Positions 1 through 13,285 of a stretch of 64,000 nt of DNA are shown piece after piece. The translations under genes and the position numbers were made by a program. The notes under the pieces were generated by a model that was given only the letters and a program-made list of their open reading frames with translations, did not search any database and was not told where the DNA came from. Location: assembly GCA_963514005.1 (NCBI GenBank), contig OY740783.1, positions 30,876,001 to 30,940,000 of the forward strand. The letters run 5' to 3'. Source of the DNA: Raja brachyura. Its lineage: Eukaryota. Within the stretch, counting starts at the first letter, position 1, and every line of letters begins with the position of its first letter.

Positions 1-991
1 GTTTACTTGAGACACAAGAAACTGCAGATGCTAGATTCTTGAACACAACACAAAGTGCTGGAGGACTCTGTAGAGCACATGGAACATTGTGTATCTTCAT
101 CATTTATATAGATACAAATGGTATATCAGATCTGTTTTGATAGCATGCAAAACAAAGCTGTTCTCTGTGCCTCGGAACATATGACAATAATAAACCTAAA
201 CCTAAATGTCAGAGATGTATTCATACTCAATTCACACTCACACACTCAAAAATTAAACTAAACTAATTTGGAAGGGATCAACGAAACTGGAAGACAATGA
301 TAGATGTGCTCTCATGTTGATGACACAGATGAGAATTCAGTGAACCGGAATACATAAACACCAATGGCTATATAAAATGTAATGCTTGCTGTGTTAGACA
401 TATCAGTAAGCCTGCATTCATTGTCAACATATATATATAAAAATCCAGCACCGATTAGGCACATCTTATGTATGGAGGTGATCATTTATCAGCAGGAAAG
501 CAGTGATCAATTACATTGCCAAATTTCTGAAACAAACCATGAGCCCTTGTCAGATGGCTGATGTCACAGCTTCCAATACAACCCACACCGATCTTCTCTA
601 AAGCCACATGTAGTCTCCCTCAATGTAGGTCAGTGTTATTCCAAAAACAATTTTGCAGTAGCTTGTATCTTTTATTGCATCTGAACCAATCCTGTAAAAG
701 TGTATTACAGAGGGAAGCAATGCGTGAGACTGTTGGTGCATGAAAAAATAACCTTGTGGTTGCTGGTGTCACAATCAATGCATTCTTTACAGACACCCCC
801 AGGCAAACATGACGTGTTTATGTAGCCTCCTCGATTCCTCTTGTTTCTCTTTCTGATCCTCATTCAGCTCCTCGTCCCTCTTGTTCCTGTTCCATACAAT
901 ATAAGGTATAAGCCAGGGATGTCAATAGTTTGATCAGTTTATATCTATCCTTCCTATTGCTTATGCAGGTGTGGAATACTTAATTAGAATG

Positions 992-1146
992 AAGATAGAC
1001 ACAAAAAGCTGGAGTAAATCAGCGGGTCAGACAGTATCTTTGGAGAAAAGGAATAGGTGGCTTTTCGGGTCGAGACCCTTCTCCAGGTTACTCCTGCTTT
1101 TTGTGTTCATCTTCGGTTTGAACCAGAATCTGCAGTTCCTTCCTAC
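992..1146. mobile_element. Short fold-back Penelope terminal-repeat insertion, centre deleted
   Basis: Same family sequence with inverted ends. 14-bp TSD ACTTAATTAGAATG at 978-991 and 1147-1160. Confidence 0.8.
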
Positions 1147-1164
1147 ACTTAATTAGAATGGCCA

Positions 1165-1630
1165 GCGAAGATGGTGAGGTTGCTCAACATGCAGCAGTTT
1201 ATAGGAATCTTAATGGCAGCACTGATCAGTGCGTTAGGGCCCATAAAGAAACATACTAACCTTGAACCGTTATTTCATCACGTCAGTGGTCTAATCTATC
1301 AGATTTTTTAATGGCAGAATGGCTTTCATGTTATGCCTGTCGCCCATGCAAGAATGGGTTGCACCATAACTCATCAGCCATGTCAGCAGAGCATAATACT
1401 TCACACCTAATGATCATCCTTTGATTTGACATGATTACTGGAGTGCAACTGGCAGCAGACATCTGCAGTATGCAGGCATCGTGACTGTTGCCAGGATACC
1501 AGGCGTTGACATGCATGATTGGCTGCCAATTGTCACACACACAAACTGGGCCATAAGCAGGTGGAAAATTTGGTAAAATAAAACAGGACTGGCCAGCAGA
1601 ACGACACCCAGGACCATGGGGAATGTGCAG
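1165..1630 (-). pseudogene. PIF/Harbinger (HARBI1-like) transposase relic
   Basis: Minus strand, across frameshifts: FPMVLGV, FHLLMAQFVCDNWQPIMHVNAWYPGNSHDACIL (the 'Q.VCD....I..V.A.YPG..HD..IL' motif), ID*TTDVMK*RFK and NCCMLSN (cf. 'CC.LHN'). Confidence 0.72.
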
Positions 1631-1940
1631 TCCTAAAAATCCAAAACCTTCCCTTCCAGACCCAAAAAACTGGAGTACCTCAACCGGTCAGGCAGTAACT
1701 CTGGAGAAAGGAGAATGCAGTTCAAACCTATTTCTTCCTACAGTTGCTTCTCTCCTCTAAATTAATTGAATCAATGCCTATAGTGCTACACCAAAATATC
1801 TGGGAATATGCTCTTGTTTGTAACCTACCACTTGTCAAGTTGCAATAACCTTCGGTGCGACTTCCACTAACGGCTCGAGCCACAATGAAATAAATACTAA
1901 GTTAAATCAGGCCAGCTAATTTAAATTGGTGCCCGACTCT

Positions 1941-2075
1941 CAGTCTGAAGAAGGGTCTCGAACCGAAGCATCACCTATTCCTTTTCTCCAGCGATGCTGC
2001 CTGACCTGTTGAGTTCCTCCAGCTTTTTGTGTCTGTCTTCAATTGAAAGCAGCATCTACAGTTCCTCCCTATACA
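1941..2075 (+). mobile_element. Penelope terminal-repeat fragment with a degenerate hammerhead
   Basis: cagtCTGAAGAagggtctcgaaccGAAGcatcacc followed by the family tail. The core GAAA is mutated to GAAG. Confidence 0.7.
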
Positions 2076-2171
2076 TTTTGTCTTTCCCTGCAAAGTAAAC
2101 TGGAGTTAGCTACCTTTGATCAAAAACCTTCAATAATCTACTTTTTAAAAAGTGGATGACAAAATGTGAAC

Positions 2172-2448
2172 TTAGTTTAGTTTAGTTTAGTTTAGAGATA
2201 CAGCGCAGAAACTAGCCCTTTGGCCCACCGAGCCCACACCAACCCACAATCCCTGCACATTAGCACAATCCTTCACTAGGGACAAAGTCTTTTACATTTA
2301 CACCAAGCCAAATAATGTACAAACCTGTACGTCTTTGGAGTGTGGGAGGAAACCACAGTTCTCGGAGAAAACAGATGCAGGTCACGGGGTACAAACGCTG
2401 TACAGACAGCACCCGTACCAAAGATCAAACCCAGGTCTCTGGCACTGT
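2172..2448 (-). mobile_element. tRNA-derived V-SINE (HE1-like)
   Basis: (TTTAG)n tail and the reverse-complement V-domain (gtctttggagtgtgggaggaaacc). Confidence 0.8.
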
Positions 2449-2454
2449 TACTTG

Positions 2455-2785
2455 CATCTATAGGTATGTTAATAAGTTCTAGGAGCAGTATTGGGCCATT
2501 TGGGCCATTTGGTCCACTCTGCCATTCAATCATGGCTGATCTATCATTTCCTCTCAACCCCATTCTCCTGCCTTCTCCCTGTAGCCCATAACACCCTTAC
2601 TGATCAAGTATCTGTCAATCTCCGCCTTAAAAATATCTATTGAATTGGCCTCCACAACCGTCCGTGGCAATGAATTTCACAGATTCACCACCTTGACTAA
2701 AGAAATTCCTCCTTATCTCCTTTCTAAAGGTATGTGCTTTTATTCTTAGGCTATGGTCTCTGGTCCTAGACTCTCCCGCTAGTAC
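2455..2785 (-). mobile_element. CR1 LINE 3' fragment
   Basis: Reverse complement of the CR1 ORF2 end (GESRTRDHSLRIK...EIRRNFFSQ) and 3' UTR. Confidence 0.8.
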
Positions 2786-2786
2786 T

Positions 2787-3000
2787 ATGTTACACCACTT
2801 TCTCATCCATTTCCTACACACTCAGGGCAATTTACAGAGGATCATTAACCTACAAGCTTGCATGTCTTTGGGATGTGGGAGGAAACTGGAGCACCTGTAA
2901 GAGACCCAGACGGTCACAGGGAGAACGTGCAAACTCCACGCAGACCAAGCCCGTGTCTCTGGCGCTGTGAGGCATCAGCTCTGCCATCTATGCCACTGCT
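2787..3000 (-). mobile_element. HE1-like V-SINE
   Basis: V-domain reverse complement catgtctttgggatgtgggaggaaactggagcacc...ggtcacagggagaacgtgcaaactcc. Confidence 0.75.
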
Positions 3001-4477
3001 CCTCATTGTGATTCAGAAGAGAGAGATGCTACATAACCAGACTCTGCGGATTTGTTCTTCCAATGAAGGCAACCCTTCCTCATCCACCCTCTTCCCACAA
3101 TCCATACTACCTTGCTCAAAGAGGCAGTGGCTGCAAATGTATCCACATCTGACAGCAACTAATTGACGCAGAAGCCTTGAAGTCAGTAAGAAAAAGACCT
3201 CAGGATCTGCCAGCTGCAAATGGAAGCATCTGTAGAACACTTGTGGAAGTGTTTTGCCAAAAAACGCACACAACAACTAACCTGCAATCTGTGGATAATC
3301 CTATGTAATGTGATCATGCATGCAGTAGGGTAGGGGTACTTTTAGCTTCTGAGCCTGAATAATGTTAAGAGAGTGGCATCACCAGCATCCAATCAGTATG
3401 GCATATTAATTAAATTGATGATCTTGTGGGGATGCATACATGCATTTTACTCTTATTAATGTCATGTCGAAAGTCATCCATCACACAAATTCACCATATA
3501 CATCATGGAAGCCATTTTGAAATTTTAATGGCACCAGAAGAAAAGCAATAACCATGTATACACAGGTATTGCAGTAACATATGGCAGTATCGTTGACTTT
3601 TTTTTCAAGGTTTGACCATAATAAGAGAATAATTTTCAATCTGTAGTTGACAATAGGATGTTATTGTTTTGGCATCTATCTGACATGATCATAAAATTCA
3701 ACAACATTTGTTTACTTTTAAAACTTTACAAAAATGTATCTATTTTTGGCTCTTTATTTAAGGTAAATTTGTGATGAATATATAATTTGTGATGCATATC
3801 CAACCATTGGTTCCAAAATAAGCCATTGTTTCCAAGATTACATTATTCTAGCAGCTGTCCCTGTGATCCATGGCCATTGCCCATGTTCCCAGCCATACTG
3901 TATTGCAAGGCAAAATGGTCTTTAGTGCCACTTTCGTGCCACTTTCGTCAAAATAATGTTAGCCTGAGAAAGTTACCGTGCTCAACGTCCTTAATGAAAA
4001 GTGATTATTTAGAAGCACTTACCTTGTTTGCATTCATTCCACAATATGTGAGTGACAGTGAATTTTGGAAGCAAAGTATAATGTACAGGCACCACTAGAT
4101 TAAATATCACTGGCAACTAAGGGAGAATTTCCAGCCTACAAGATTTTGGTTTAAAATGCAGATACTGAAACAAAGGCAAGTATAATACAAATATCAAAAA
4201 TTTAATTGAATCGTTCTGGCTGATAACTTTTGACAGTATGGTCGTGTAAATGCTTCAGAACAAAACATTAACCCTGTTCTATTCTTATTTTGAACTATGC
4301 TATCACATAAAGCCAATTTGCCTTGGGAGACTTATGTAACTCTCAGAAAAATTAGTTTCAGTGGGCTGTGTAATGAGTTGATATCTCAAACAAGGTATTT
4401 TACAAACAAATTCTCACGAATAACTGGAAATACAGGCAGATAGTGGTTTCCAGTATATGTTGTTCAAACAATACAAT

Positions 4478-4550
4478 ATAAAATTGTTAAAAATATTGTT
4501 TAAAAAATTGTTTAAAATATTGTTAAAAAATTGTTAAATTGTTAAAAATA
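4478..4550. repeat. AT-rich minisatellite (~AAAATTGTT)n
   Basis: About six ATTGTT units separated by A runs. Confidence 0.75.
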
Positions 4551-5271
4551 TAGCACCGCAAAAACTTCAATGAACTTTCACGTTTTGTTCCAAGATTCCA
4601 TCGCATTTAAATTACAGATCTGAATATTTCAAGAGAGATTGGTCATTCGGTGGATGTTTACTGTTCATTTTCTTTGGTTATGTTGTCGACAATTAGGCCA
4701 GTTATTTATCATGATGATTGTGTGTTGAGAGAACACAGACATCCGTCTTTGGACTTTGAGAGTGTCATGGCTAACCTAATTTACTAAACAATATCTAAAT
4801 GACATATTTAGCAATAAGATGCTGAAACACTACTTTAAGTAGAAGAGGATTCCTGAGTTCTGCATTGTTTTCCCAAACTCTTTAAAGTTATGTACAGCTG
4901 TTGATGGTTGTTTATGCTGGCATTGCAGAGCAGCACCATGGGAATAAGGAATCTGATTTCAGTGAAACTGGAGAGCCCTTCAAAGAGGACGAGCACTATC
5001 CCAAACTGATGGACCCTCCACAGGAAAGGAAAAGGGATGAGGTAAGGAATTACACAGCGCTCTCACATTAAGCCTGAATGATCTCTTCCAAATTTATCCT
5101 CCATTCGGGGACATTGCAGACACAGGAACTAAACAATAAACTTTTAACCTGGCTTCAATTCACGACTTGATTCAACTTAGAAATGTAAATTCCACGTGGA
5201 TGGAAATATCTTAAATAGGGTCCATTTTTTTTCTATCAATACACAGATAAAAGGCAAAGTAGAGCAGGCAA

Positions 5272-5535
5272 AGGGGTGGCACAGTGGCATAGCGGTAGAG
5301 CTACTACCATACAGTGCCAGAGACCCAGATTTGATCCCGACTATGGGGGCTTGTCTGCGCAGAGTTTGTATGTTCTCCCCGTGACCTGCGTGTGTTTCCT
5401 CCGAGATCTTCGGTTTCCTCCCACACTCCAAAGACGTACAGGTTAGGGTAGTGTTAATGTGTGGGGATCGCTGGTCGGTGCAAACTTGATGGGCAGAAAG
5501 GCCTGTTTCCATGCTGTATCTCTAATCTAAATTAG
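5272..5535 (+). mobile_element. HE1-like V-SINE, near full length
   Basis: tRNA-like head (tggcatagcggtagagc...gatttgatccc), V-domain gagtttgtatgttctccccgtgacctgcgtg...ggtttcctcccacactccaaagac and a CR1-like tail. Confidence 0.85.
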
Positions 5536-5659
5536 ATGGTTAAAAATGTAGTACATGAACCTAGAACGTGGAGGCACCAGCAAGGGCTGGATGAACATGA
5601 CGGATCAACAACTGATTTATGGACCTTGTGTGGTCCTACCATGAACAGCTAAACAAATT

Positions 5660-5995
5660 GAATCTTTCTTTTGGAGTTTATAAGATCTTGTGGGGGCATG
5701 ACAGGTTGGTGTTGGAATGTTTCCATTAATGGGAGAATCTCCTACGAGGAGACATTGTTACAAATTAGAGAGCAATCAATTAAAACAGAAATGCATAGGA
5801 GCTTGCTCTCACAGGGGGTGGTGAATCTCTAGAATTCTATGCCCTCAAAGGTTGTAGAGACTGGTTCATTGAGTGCATTTAAAGAAGAAATAGATATTTT
5901 TTTGAAAGGCCAGAGAATTTGGCTTTGATGAACTGGTAGAGATGGGGACTAATCAGCCATAATCATATTCAATGGGGGAACAGACTTCAGAACTG
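5660..5995 (+). mobile_element. Old CR1 LINE 3' fragment
   Basis: Degenerate match to the CR1 ORF2 end (tgtttccattaatgggagaatc...cagggggtggtgaatctctagaattc). Confidence 0.6.
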
Positions 5996-7861
5996 CATAC
6001 GGCTATTTTTGAAATGTCTTTCTCCAAAAGCAAGAAGCTCGTATATGTTTAAAAAAAAGATTATATGGATAATAAAATGCATTTTTATAATTTAATTCCT
6101 CGTATGGTGCAAAACATACTTGGCTAATAAAGTATGATTATGATTATGATTATGATTAAATCAAGGAAAGCATAATCTGAAGAAGAAGAAAATACATTGA
6201 CCTGTTAAGTGTAAAATATAGAAGGATAAGTGCACATCAAGGAAACATCCTATTTCGTTTTTCATTTCTTGCAGTTTTTTTTGCGAGGATAATCTAATAC
6301 TCTTTCATAGGTTGTATTGAGATTACTTCCATCACCATTTCTGGAAGTGCTTTCCAGATCTTAACAACATGGTTAGTATTTTTTTGCTAATTTTTGAAAG
6401 TTACTTCAATCTGTGCCCTCTGACCCATCAACCACAGGAAATAATTCTGTCTTATTTTACCAAACCACTTCCTTGGAAACTTATGTACTCATATTTCAGG
6501 AATTCCTCCCTCCCTCGATCCTTAGCACTATTGTTTTTTTAACTCAATCTTAGAATAAATGATGAGCCTATTATTTTGCCTGTGAATTTTGCCTGCAATT
6601 TGCCTGTGAATTTCCCTTATTTGGTGGCCAGTATGATAAACTCATCAATATAATAACCCACCTATTTTCCTTAATGTTAATCAAATAGACTGTGTTTGAG
6701 CACTTAAGTGTCATCCATTGCTGTAACAGTTCTGTTGATCAGTACCCCCCATCCTGTCAGTCAACCCCCAACACAAAGTATAGCCAGGTCTATTGAATCT
6801 TTATGCCTCCCTCTGTTTGAGCCAGGTTTGTGAGGTTGCCAGTATATCATCAACCCAAGTGACTACTTGTCTTGAGGCTCAAGGGCCATATTTACTGTAT
6901 TCTGGATACTTACCACATGCACTCTGTATCCACCTTTGACTGGCTCACATTGACTCGATGAAATTAAGGAAAGCACTTTATGGCATTATTGCCGGATTCT
7001 CATTCAGACTGCTACTGACTCATTTTTTAAATTGTTCTGATACATATTCCATGTTTTTTGTTTTTACCAGTAGAGAACAAATTAGTGGATGCCAACATCA
7101 TGATGTTGAATCTGAATAATGAATTTGGTACTCAAAGTAAATATACGAAAATAATGTTTCTAATTATTTTCACCAGAAAACATTACACAGAAACATCAGA
7201 GTACATAATTGCTGTTATTTTTTGAATAGTCCAACATTTTTCATGCAGGTTAAATGTTGACATTGGGATAATTTGATCAAATCAAGTCGGCTTTAGAGTC
7301 ATAAAACATTTGAACTTTAGTCACCTTTTCTCATCCACATTTAGTATTGGCATTGTTGTAACAAGTAAACTCTGTAGAATGCAAATATCCTACTGATTTC
7401 AGAGCAGGCCATTTTAAATATTTAAACAAGCTATTCATCCACATAACACAACTGCCTTGATTTTCTACTTTGAGCACTTGTGTAAAACAGTGACTGCATT
7501 TGTGACACTGACAGCGGGGGGGGGGGGGGGGAGTTCTACCATATCATCCTTGGGTCTCATACACTCTATTTCCACCAGGCAGGAGAGCTGGGAGTTCAGA
7601 TTGAGATCCACAATATTGTGCAGAATGCTGATATAAATTATGGTAGGTCAATAACCGTGGGTTCCTCATTAGCTAGTTTGATACTTGCAATGGCAAATCA
7701 CACTGCTGCAAATTAGAAGAGTTCATAAGATGTGATACATGGATTTTAGCATGGGGTGACAAAGGCCCACATCACACATTGATTAAGAAGTTAAAAGCTC
7801 ATCAACATTCTAGGGGAAATAGCAAGTTGGATTAAAAATTGGATGTGGCAAAAAATCAAAG

Positions 7862-8180
7862 GCCAGAATGAGTCCCACCACAAATTGGAGGAGCAGCACC
7901 TCATATTTCGCTTGGGTAGTTTACACCCCAGTGGTATGAACATGAACTTCTCCAATTTCAGATAGTCCTTGCTTTCTCCCTCCTTCCCCTCTTTGCCTCT
8001 TCCTTTCTTCTTCCCGCTCGCCCCCCCACCCCCCACCTCCACACCCCCCATCTGAAGAACAGTCTCAACCCGAAACGTCACCTATTCCTTCGCACCATAG
8101 ATGCTGCCTAACCCGCTGAGTTTCTCCAGCATTTTTGTCTACCTTTGATTTTTCCAGCATATGCAGTTCTTTCTTAAACA
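7862..8180 (+). mobile_element. Penelope-like element 3' end: GIY-YIG C-terminus, terminal repeat and hammerhead remnant
   Basis: Encodes QNESHHKLEEQHLIFRLGSLHPSGMNMNFSNFR*, followed by CTGAAGA (8052)...GAAACGTCACC (8072). Confidence 0.8.
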
Positions 8181-9094
8181 AAGTGCATTGGTTGATGGTT
8201 GAATATCGCTTTACTGGGTGGAGGACTAAATACAGTGAGATCCCACTGTATTCCACTGTATGTTCAATGCTTTTTATGGTATGTTTTAAACAGACTAAGC
8301 TGAATGCACCATATTAGGATGATTGCAAACTACACTAAAATTGGTTATGTAGCTGATAGCATTAAAAAATATTGTAGGCTGCAGAAAGATATCTCCAGTG
8401 TTCAATCCTGACCTGACCTTGCACACTTTCCCTTGGGTTTATCTCCAGTTTCTCCAGTTTTCTCATGCAAACACAATAAGTTAGTTGGGTACTGGAAATC
8501 ACCTCTTAGTATCGACAATTGGCCAAAGAATGAAAGGGAAGTATGAGAGAAATTAAGTTGGGTTACTTTTTATGAAAAATGGCTTTTGGTTTAAATGAAA
8601 AGTATGGCAAGGGAGCTCGGTCCGATGTGCAACCTCGACTATGTGGGATTTCCAGACACTCCTCTGGCCTGGATGACTTCATCCACAGGAATGTTTGAGC
8701 ATCAGCCAGAGACATTCTGGTGCATCTGAGAAGCTGGGAGTTATATTGATAGCATATTAATACAAGTGGGTCATCACGCAGCTTACAGAAATCCTCAGAG
8801 ATGGAATGGATGGTCATCGGGCAGATGAAGAAAAGCTGGCAGTCAGGGAAGCCTCAGGGCACATCAAAGGATCGAACCATTTTTTCTGCAGTTGAAAATG
8901 GTCAGATTAAATGTTCCTTTGGAGAGAACAGCCCATAGCCCAATCCAAGTCCCTTCATTGTTGAGAGCTTGGTAGAAGATTAAAGAGCAGAATCTCTAAA
9001 GTTGAAATCTCCACTGCCTAGTGCTAGAAAGATAGGCCAGATTAATGCATGAGAAGATGATGCAGAAGGGAGGTCTTTCAATTTTCAGGATGAC

Positions 9095-9721
9095 AGGAAA
9101 AAAGTGAATGGCATGTTGACCTTCACAAGAGGAGTTGAGTATAGGAGCAAAGAGGTTCTCCTGCAGTTGTACAGGGCCCTCGTGAGACCACACCTGGAGT
9201 ATAGTGTGCAGTTTGTGTCTCTAAATTTGACGAATTACATTCTTGTTAGTGAGGGATTGCAGCGTAGGTTCACAAGGTTAATTCCCGGGATAGCGGGACT
9301 GTCATATGCTGAGAGAATCGAGCAGCTGGGCTTGTATACTCTGGAATTTAGGATGAGAGGGAATCTTATTGAAACATATAAGATTATTAAGGGTTTGGAC
9401 ACGCTAGAGGCAGGTAACATGTTCCCGATGTTGGGGAATCCAGAACCAGGGGCCACAATTTAAGAATAAGGGGTAAACCATTTAGAACGAGATGAGGAAA
9501 CACTTTTTCACACAGAGAGTGAATACTGGACACTTTGAAGAAAGAGCTAGATAGGGCTCTTAAAAATAGTGGAGTCAGGGGATATGGGGAGAAGGCAGGA
9601 AAGGGGTACTGATTGTGGATGACCAGCCATAATCACATTGAATGGCGGGGCTGGCTCGAAGGGCTGAATGGCCTAATCCTGTACCTATTGTCTATTGTCT
9701 ATTGTCTATTGTTGTCTATTG
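9095..9721 (+). mobile_element. CR1 LINE 3' end with (TATTGTC)n tail
   Basis: ORF 9104-9463 contains [12 protein letters not shown] (CR1 RT C-terminus). Near-identical to 21960-22609. Confidence 0.9.
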
Positions 9722-11114
9722 ACAGGGACAATCTCTTGGAATGGCGAACCTTTGCACCTAACCAGAAAGGTCCAGCACTTTTATGGGCCAGGGTTGGAGA
9801 TTGGGTTAGTGATGGATGTTGTTGCTGGTGTTGATAAGGATGTTTAAAACCAGATTGACAAAGAGTGGCACGCAGAGTAGGAGCACAGTAAAAGGGGAAT
9901 AACATTCATATAAAAGCTGAGTCTTTTGTGCATCCATACGGACCTGATGGGTTGAATAGTCACCTTCTGTATCAAAGTAAGTAAACAAGAAAGATGCAAA
10001 TGGAAAGAGTTGGTAGGAAATAAGTACCAATTAGAAATCAACTTAGATGAGCGTGACGTCATGTAAACAAGGCAAATAAATAAATAATCACTGTGAGAAT
10101 GCAAAGTGGTTTGGCCATACAGAGAGTTCTATGAATGCCTTTTTGCAGATCTCTGAAGGTAGCTGGCCAGATTACAAAAGTGATTCAGTGGGCACATGGG
10201 ATACATGTTTTCATCGGCTGAGGCGTAGAATCCAAGAGCAAAAAGGTTATGTGGTAACAGTGTTTAGTCTTGTACAGGTCTGGTGAAATAGCTGCTAAGT
10301 ATTCCCTTGTCAAATATGGCATTTTGGTTTAATTTAGAAATACAACATGGAACAGGCCCTTCACCCCACTGAGTCCATGCAACCATTGATCACCCGTTCA
10401 CACCAGCTCTATGTTATCCAACATTCTCATCCATTCCGTACTCAGGGTCAATTTTGCAACGGCCAAGTTAACCTTTCTGACTGCTAATTAAGCCATAAAG
10501 AGAAAGCAAATGTCTTCAGAGGATGCTGATTTATTGTTGACCAAATTCTTTGGAAGGTCTTTATGTGAGAATTAGATTCTTCCTTCTGAATATATAATGG
10601 TTATATGATCTGGTCTTTTGTGATGTCTGAATATAGGTTGAAATAAAGAGGCATTAAAACTTGTGCGGCTGTACTAAAATTTGGGTAGGGAAAGATAAAG
10701 AATCCACCCTGTAATAAAGGCTGTATTTTGACCAAGAAAAAAATATTTTGACATTTGAGCCATTTTTAAATATAGTTGCAATAGTCTCTTAAATGAAATT
10801 TCCAATTCACATTCACCACTATTTTCCATTGTACCATATTTGGTAAGAGCCATGGGTTGTAGTGACACATTTGTGAAGGATTGTTTCCCAACCACAATTT
10901 GGTCAGCTTCACTAGAATCTTCAGTTTTGATTTATTTCTTAATCTTATTAGATGAATTTTGAGGACAGGAGCCAACTGTTTCAACTGTACTAATGTTTTC
11001 AAACTAAGTCAAGTATATATAATGAAGATGTTTTTAAAGTTTCATTGAAGGTATAATTTTAAAACAATAGTTCAAATTGAAAAGGACTCAAGAGGGATCT
11101 TAGCAGAAATATTT

Positions 11115-11430
11115 TAGTTTGAGTCAGAAGATTATGTTTGTGTCTCATTCCAGAGAGTTAAGCATAAAACTTGATCTAACATTTCAGTTTCATACTGAAA
11201 CATTGTCAAGGGTGCCAAATTTTCCATGTAATTGACCTCTCGGGTAGATGTAAAAGATCCTATAGTATTATTCCATAAAAGAACAAGAGATTTATCCTCA
11301 TTCCCCAAACAATCTCTCCTCAGCCAACATCTCTACTCACTTTCGATGGTGGTGTTGACCTTTCTCCATGCTAATTACGTATATATTGTTGCCAATGTTC
11401 AACAGTAACTATGTTGAAATGCAACAGAAA
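11115..11430 (+). mobile_element. Degenerate Deu-domain SINE (SacSINE1-like)
   Basis: gagtcagaagattatg...ctctcgggtagatgtaaaagatcctatagtattatt matches the Deu core. Confidence 0.55.
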
Positions 11431-11524
11431 TTCCACCCATGTTTCAGATCTCTGCACAATTACAAATATTCTGCCTTTGCATGTATTTTACCTTTCCCTT
11501 CAGCAGAATTAATTCACCTTATCT

Positions 11525-11749
11525 TTTATGTGGAGGAAGGAACTGCAGATGCTGGTTTAAACCGAAGATAAATACAAAAAGCTGGGAGTAACGACCGGCA
11601 ATGGGACAGTGGGACAGGCAGCATCTCTGGAGAGAAGGAATAGGTGACGTTACGTGTCGAAGAAGGGTCTCCACCTGAAACGTCACCCATTCCTTCTCTC
11701 CAGAGATGCTGCCTATGCTGCTGAGTTACTCCAGCTTTTTGTGTCTATC
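11525..11749. mobile_element. Short fold-back Penelope terminal-repeat insertion
   Basis: Inverted arms around ...tcga|agaagggtctccacctgaaacgtcacc. 12-bp TSD TTCACCTTATCT at 11513-11524 and 11750-11761. Confidence 0.8.
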
Positions 11750-12489
11750 TTCACCTTATCTCTTGCCTTCTTCTTCATTCTCCCCTTTGATATGTTGTCA
11801 TCTGACATTTTAATAAAATATTTTTCTTCTTCTCAGATATCTCTTAACAATCTTTGAAAACTAGCATTCTGCTAGAGCTTTTCACACATTCACTAAGCTC
11901 TGATCCCATTAGTCACCCATTACCATGTTTTTGACAGCGCTTCACACCACCAATGAAACAGTCCTCGAGGGAGGCCTGAGCTTAATTTACAAATTACTAA
12001 AATTTAATAAAATTCAAGCTAATTTCAACATTTTTGCCTTTGCACCCATTTCTTTCGCCAAGGCTTTATCCTTTACTTTTGCCTTTTTGATTCATATCCG
12101 ATCTGGACTCCTACTAACTTCTTATGCTCTCCACATTTATTCCATGAATTGAATTGCCAGCATGACATTATATTTTGCTACTGCACTTGATTACCTCCTT
12201 TGATTTTGCTCAGGTACAACTCAAATTCTTTCTTTAAACCAAATGATGAGAGCCAGTCTGTAACTGTTTGGTGAAAATGCTCATCCTACAGAGTTGGAAC
12301 AACAGCCCTCTGTAGCTGCTTCTCAATGGCCAACAACATCATTACCATTCCTCTGTAGTTATTACCCTCATAATCTCCAAAACCTCCACAGCCTGTCTGT
12401 TCTTGCTCCTTCAAAAAGATTTTTCTCCATTTGATTAATTGCTAATTTCTTCCAAGTCCAATCCAATGACACTTGACCAATCCACCATC

Positions 12490-13260
12490 TTATGGTTTCC
12501 TGATTCCCATCATGTAATTTACCTCATAGATCATCTTGTACAAATATTCCACTTCATCCCCCACAAGGATTGCCTGAGGACCATTTTGCTTCCCCTCGAC
12601 CATGACTGAAGCATTCCTACTCCACTGCCCTTTTCCGCCTGGCTGAACTTGTTCTCTCACTGACCAATTTCTTTCACTCTGCACACTTCTTCCAGATAAA
12701 AGGTGTTGCTATGGGAACACAGATGGGTCCTGGCTATGCCTATCTCTTTGTGGTGTACATTGACGATTCTTTGTTTCACTCTAACTCAGATCTTCTCAAT
12801 CGCCTTTTTTTCCAGGATGTAGATTAATGTGTCAGTGTCCTTTACTCCCTTATCCTGAGCTGGATATTTTCATTAACTTTGGTATTAGTTTGCACCCAAA
12901 CTTCACCTATGTATTATACAGGAAGGAACTGCGGATGCTGGTTTAAACCGAGATAGACACAAAATGCTGGAGTAACTCAGCAAGATTGTCTATCTCCAAA
13001 TTTTTCTTACCTTTCCTCAGCTTCCCTAACTCCATTTCCAGGGATAAACCAGCTACCTTTACTGTGGGGTCTCTGCCCAACTATCAATTTTCTTGGTCAT
13101 TGGTACATCTCTTCTGACAAGCCCACTTTTTTAATATTCATATTTTCAGCTGTCTTCTATTTTCTTCAATCAAGGATTGCTCTACAGAGAGGGTTCAAAG
13201 TTACCCATTATATTCCTCTCTGCTCTCTTTCTTTTCCAGAACACCCCGAAAAAGATTCCC
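12490..13260 (+). mobile_element. Degenerate Penelope-like reverse transcriptase fragment, interrupted by a short terminal-repeat piece at ~12915-12985
   Basis: QIKGVAMGTQMGPGYAYLFV from 12693 is the PLE RT 'G.AMG..MGP.YA.LF' motif, preceded by LFRLAELVLSLTNF. Confidence 0.75.
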
Positions 13261-13285
13261 TTGCTCCCATCTTTGAACTCATTCA

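Noticed and set aside
5272-5345. tRNA-like sequences here and at 26697 and 28750
   Set aside because: They are SINE heads followed by the V-domain and LINE-like tail, with no intact cloverleaf.
6575-6615. Short tandem duplications (also 29170-29210 and 47505-47540) and poly-G/C runs
   Set aside because: Ordinary slippage products. No spacer structure, so not a CRISPR-like array.
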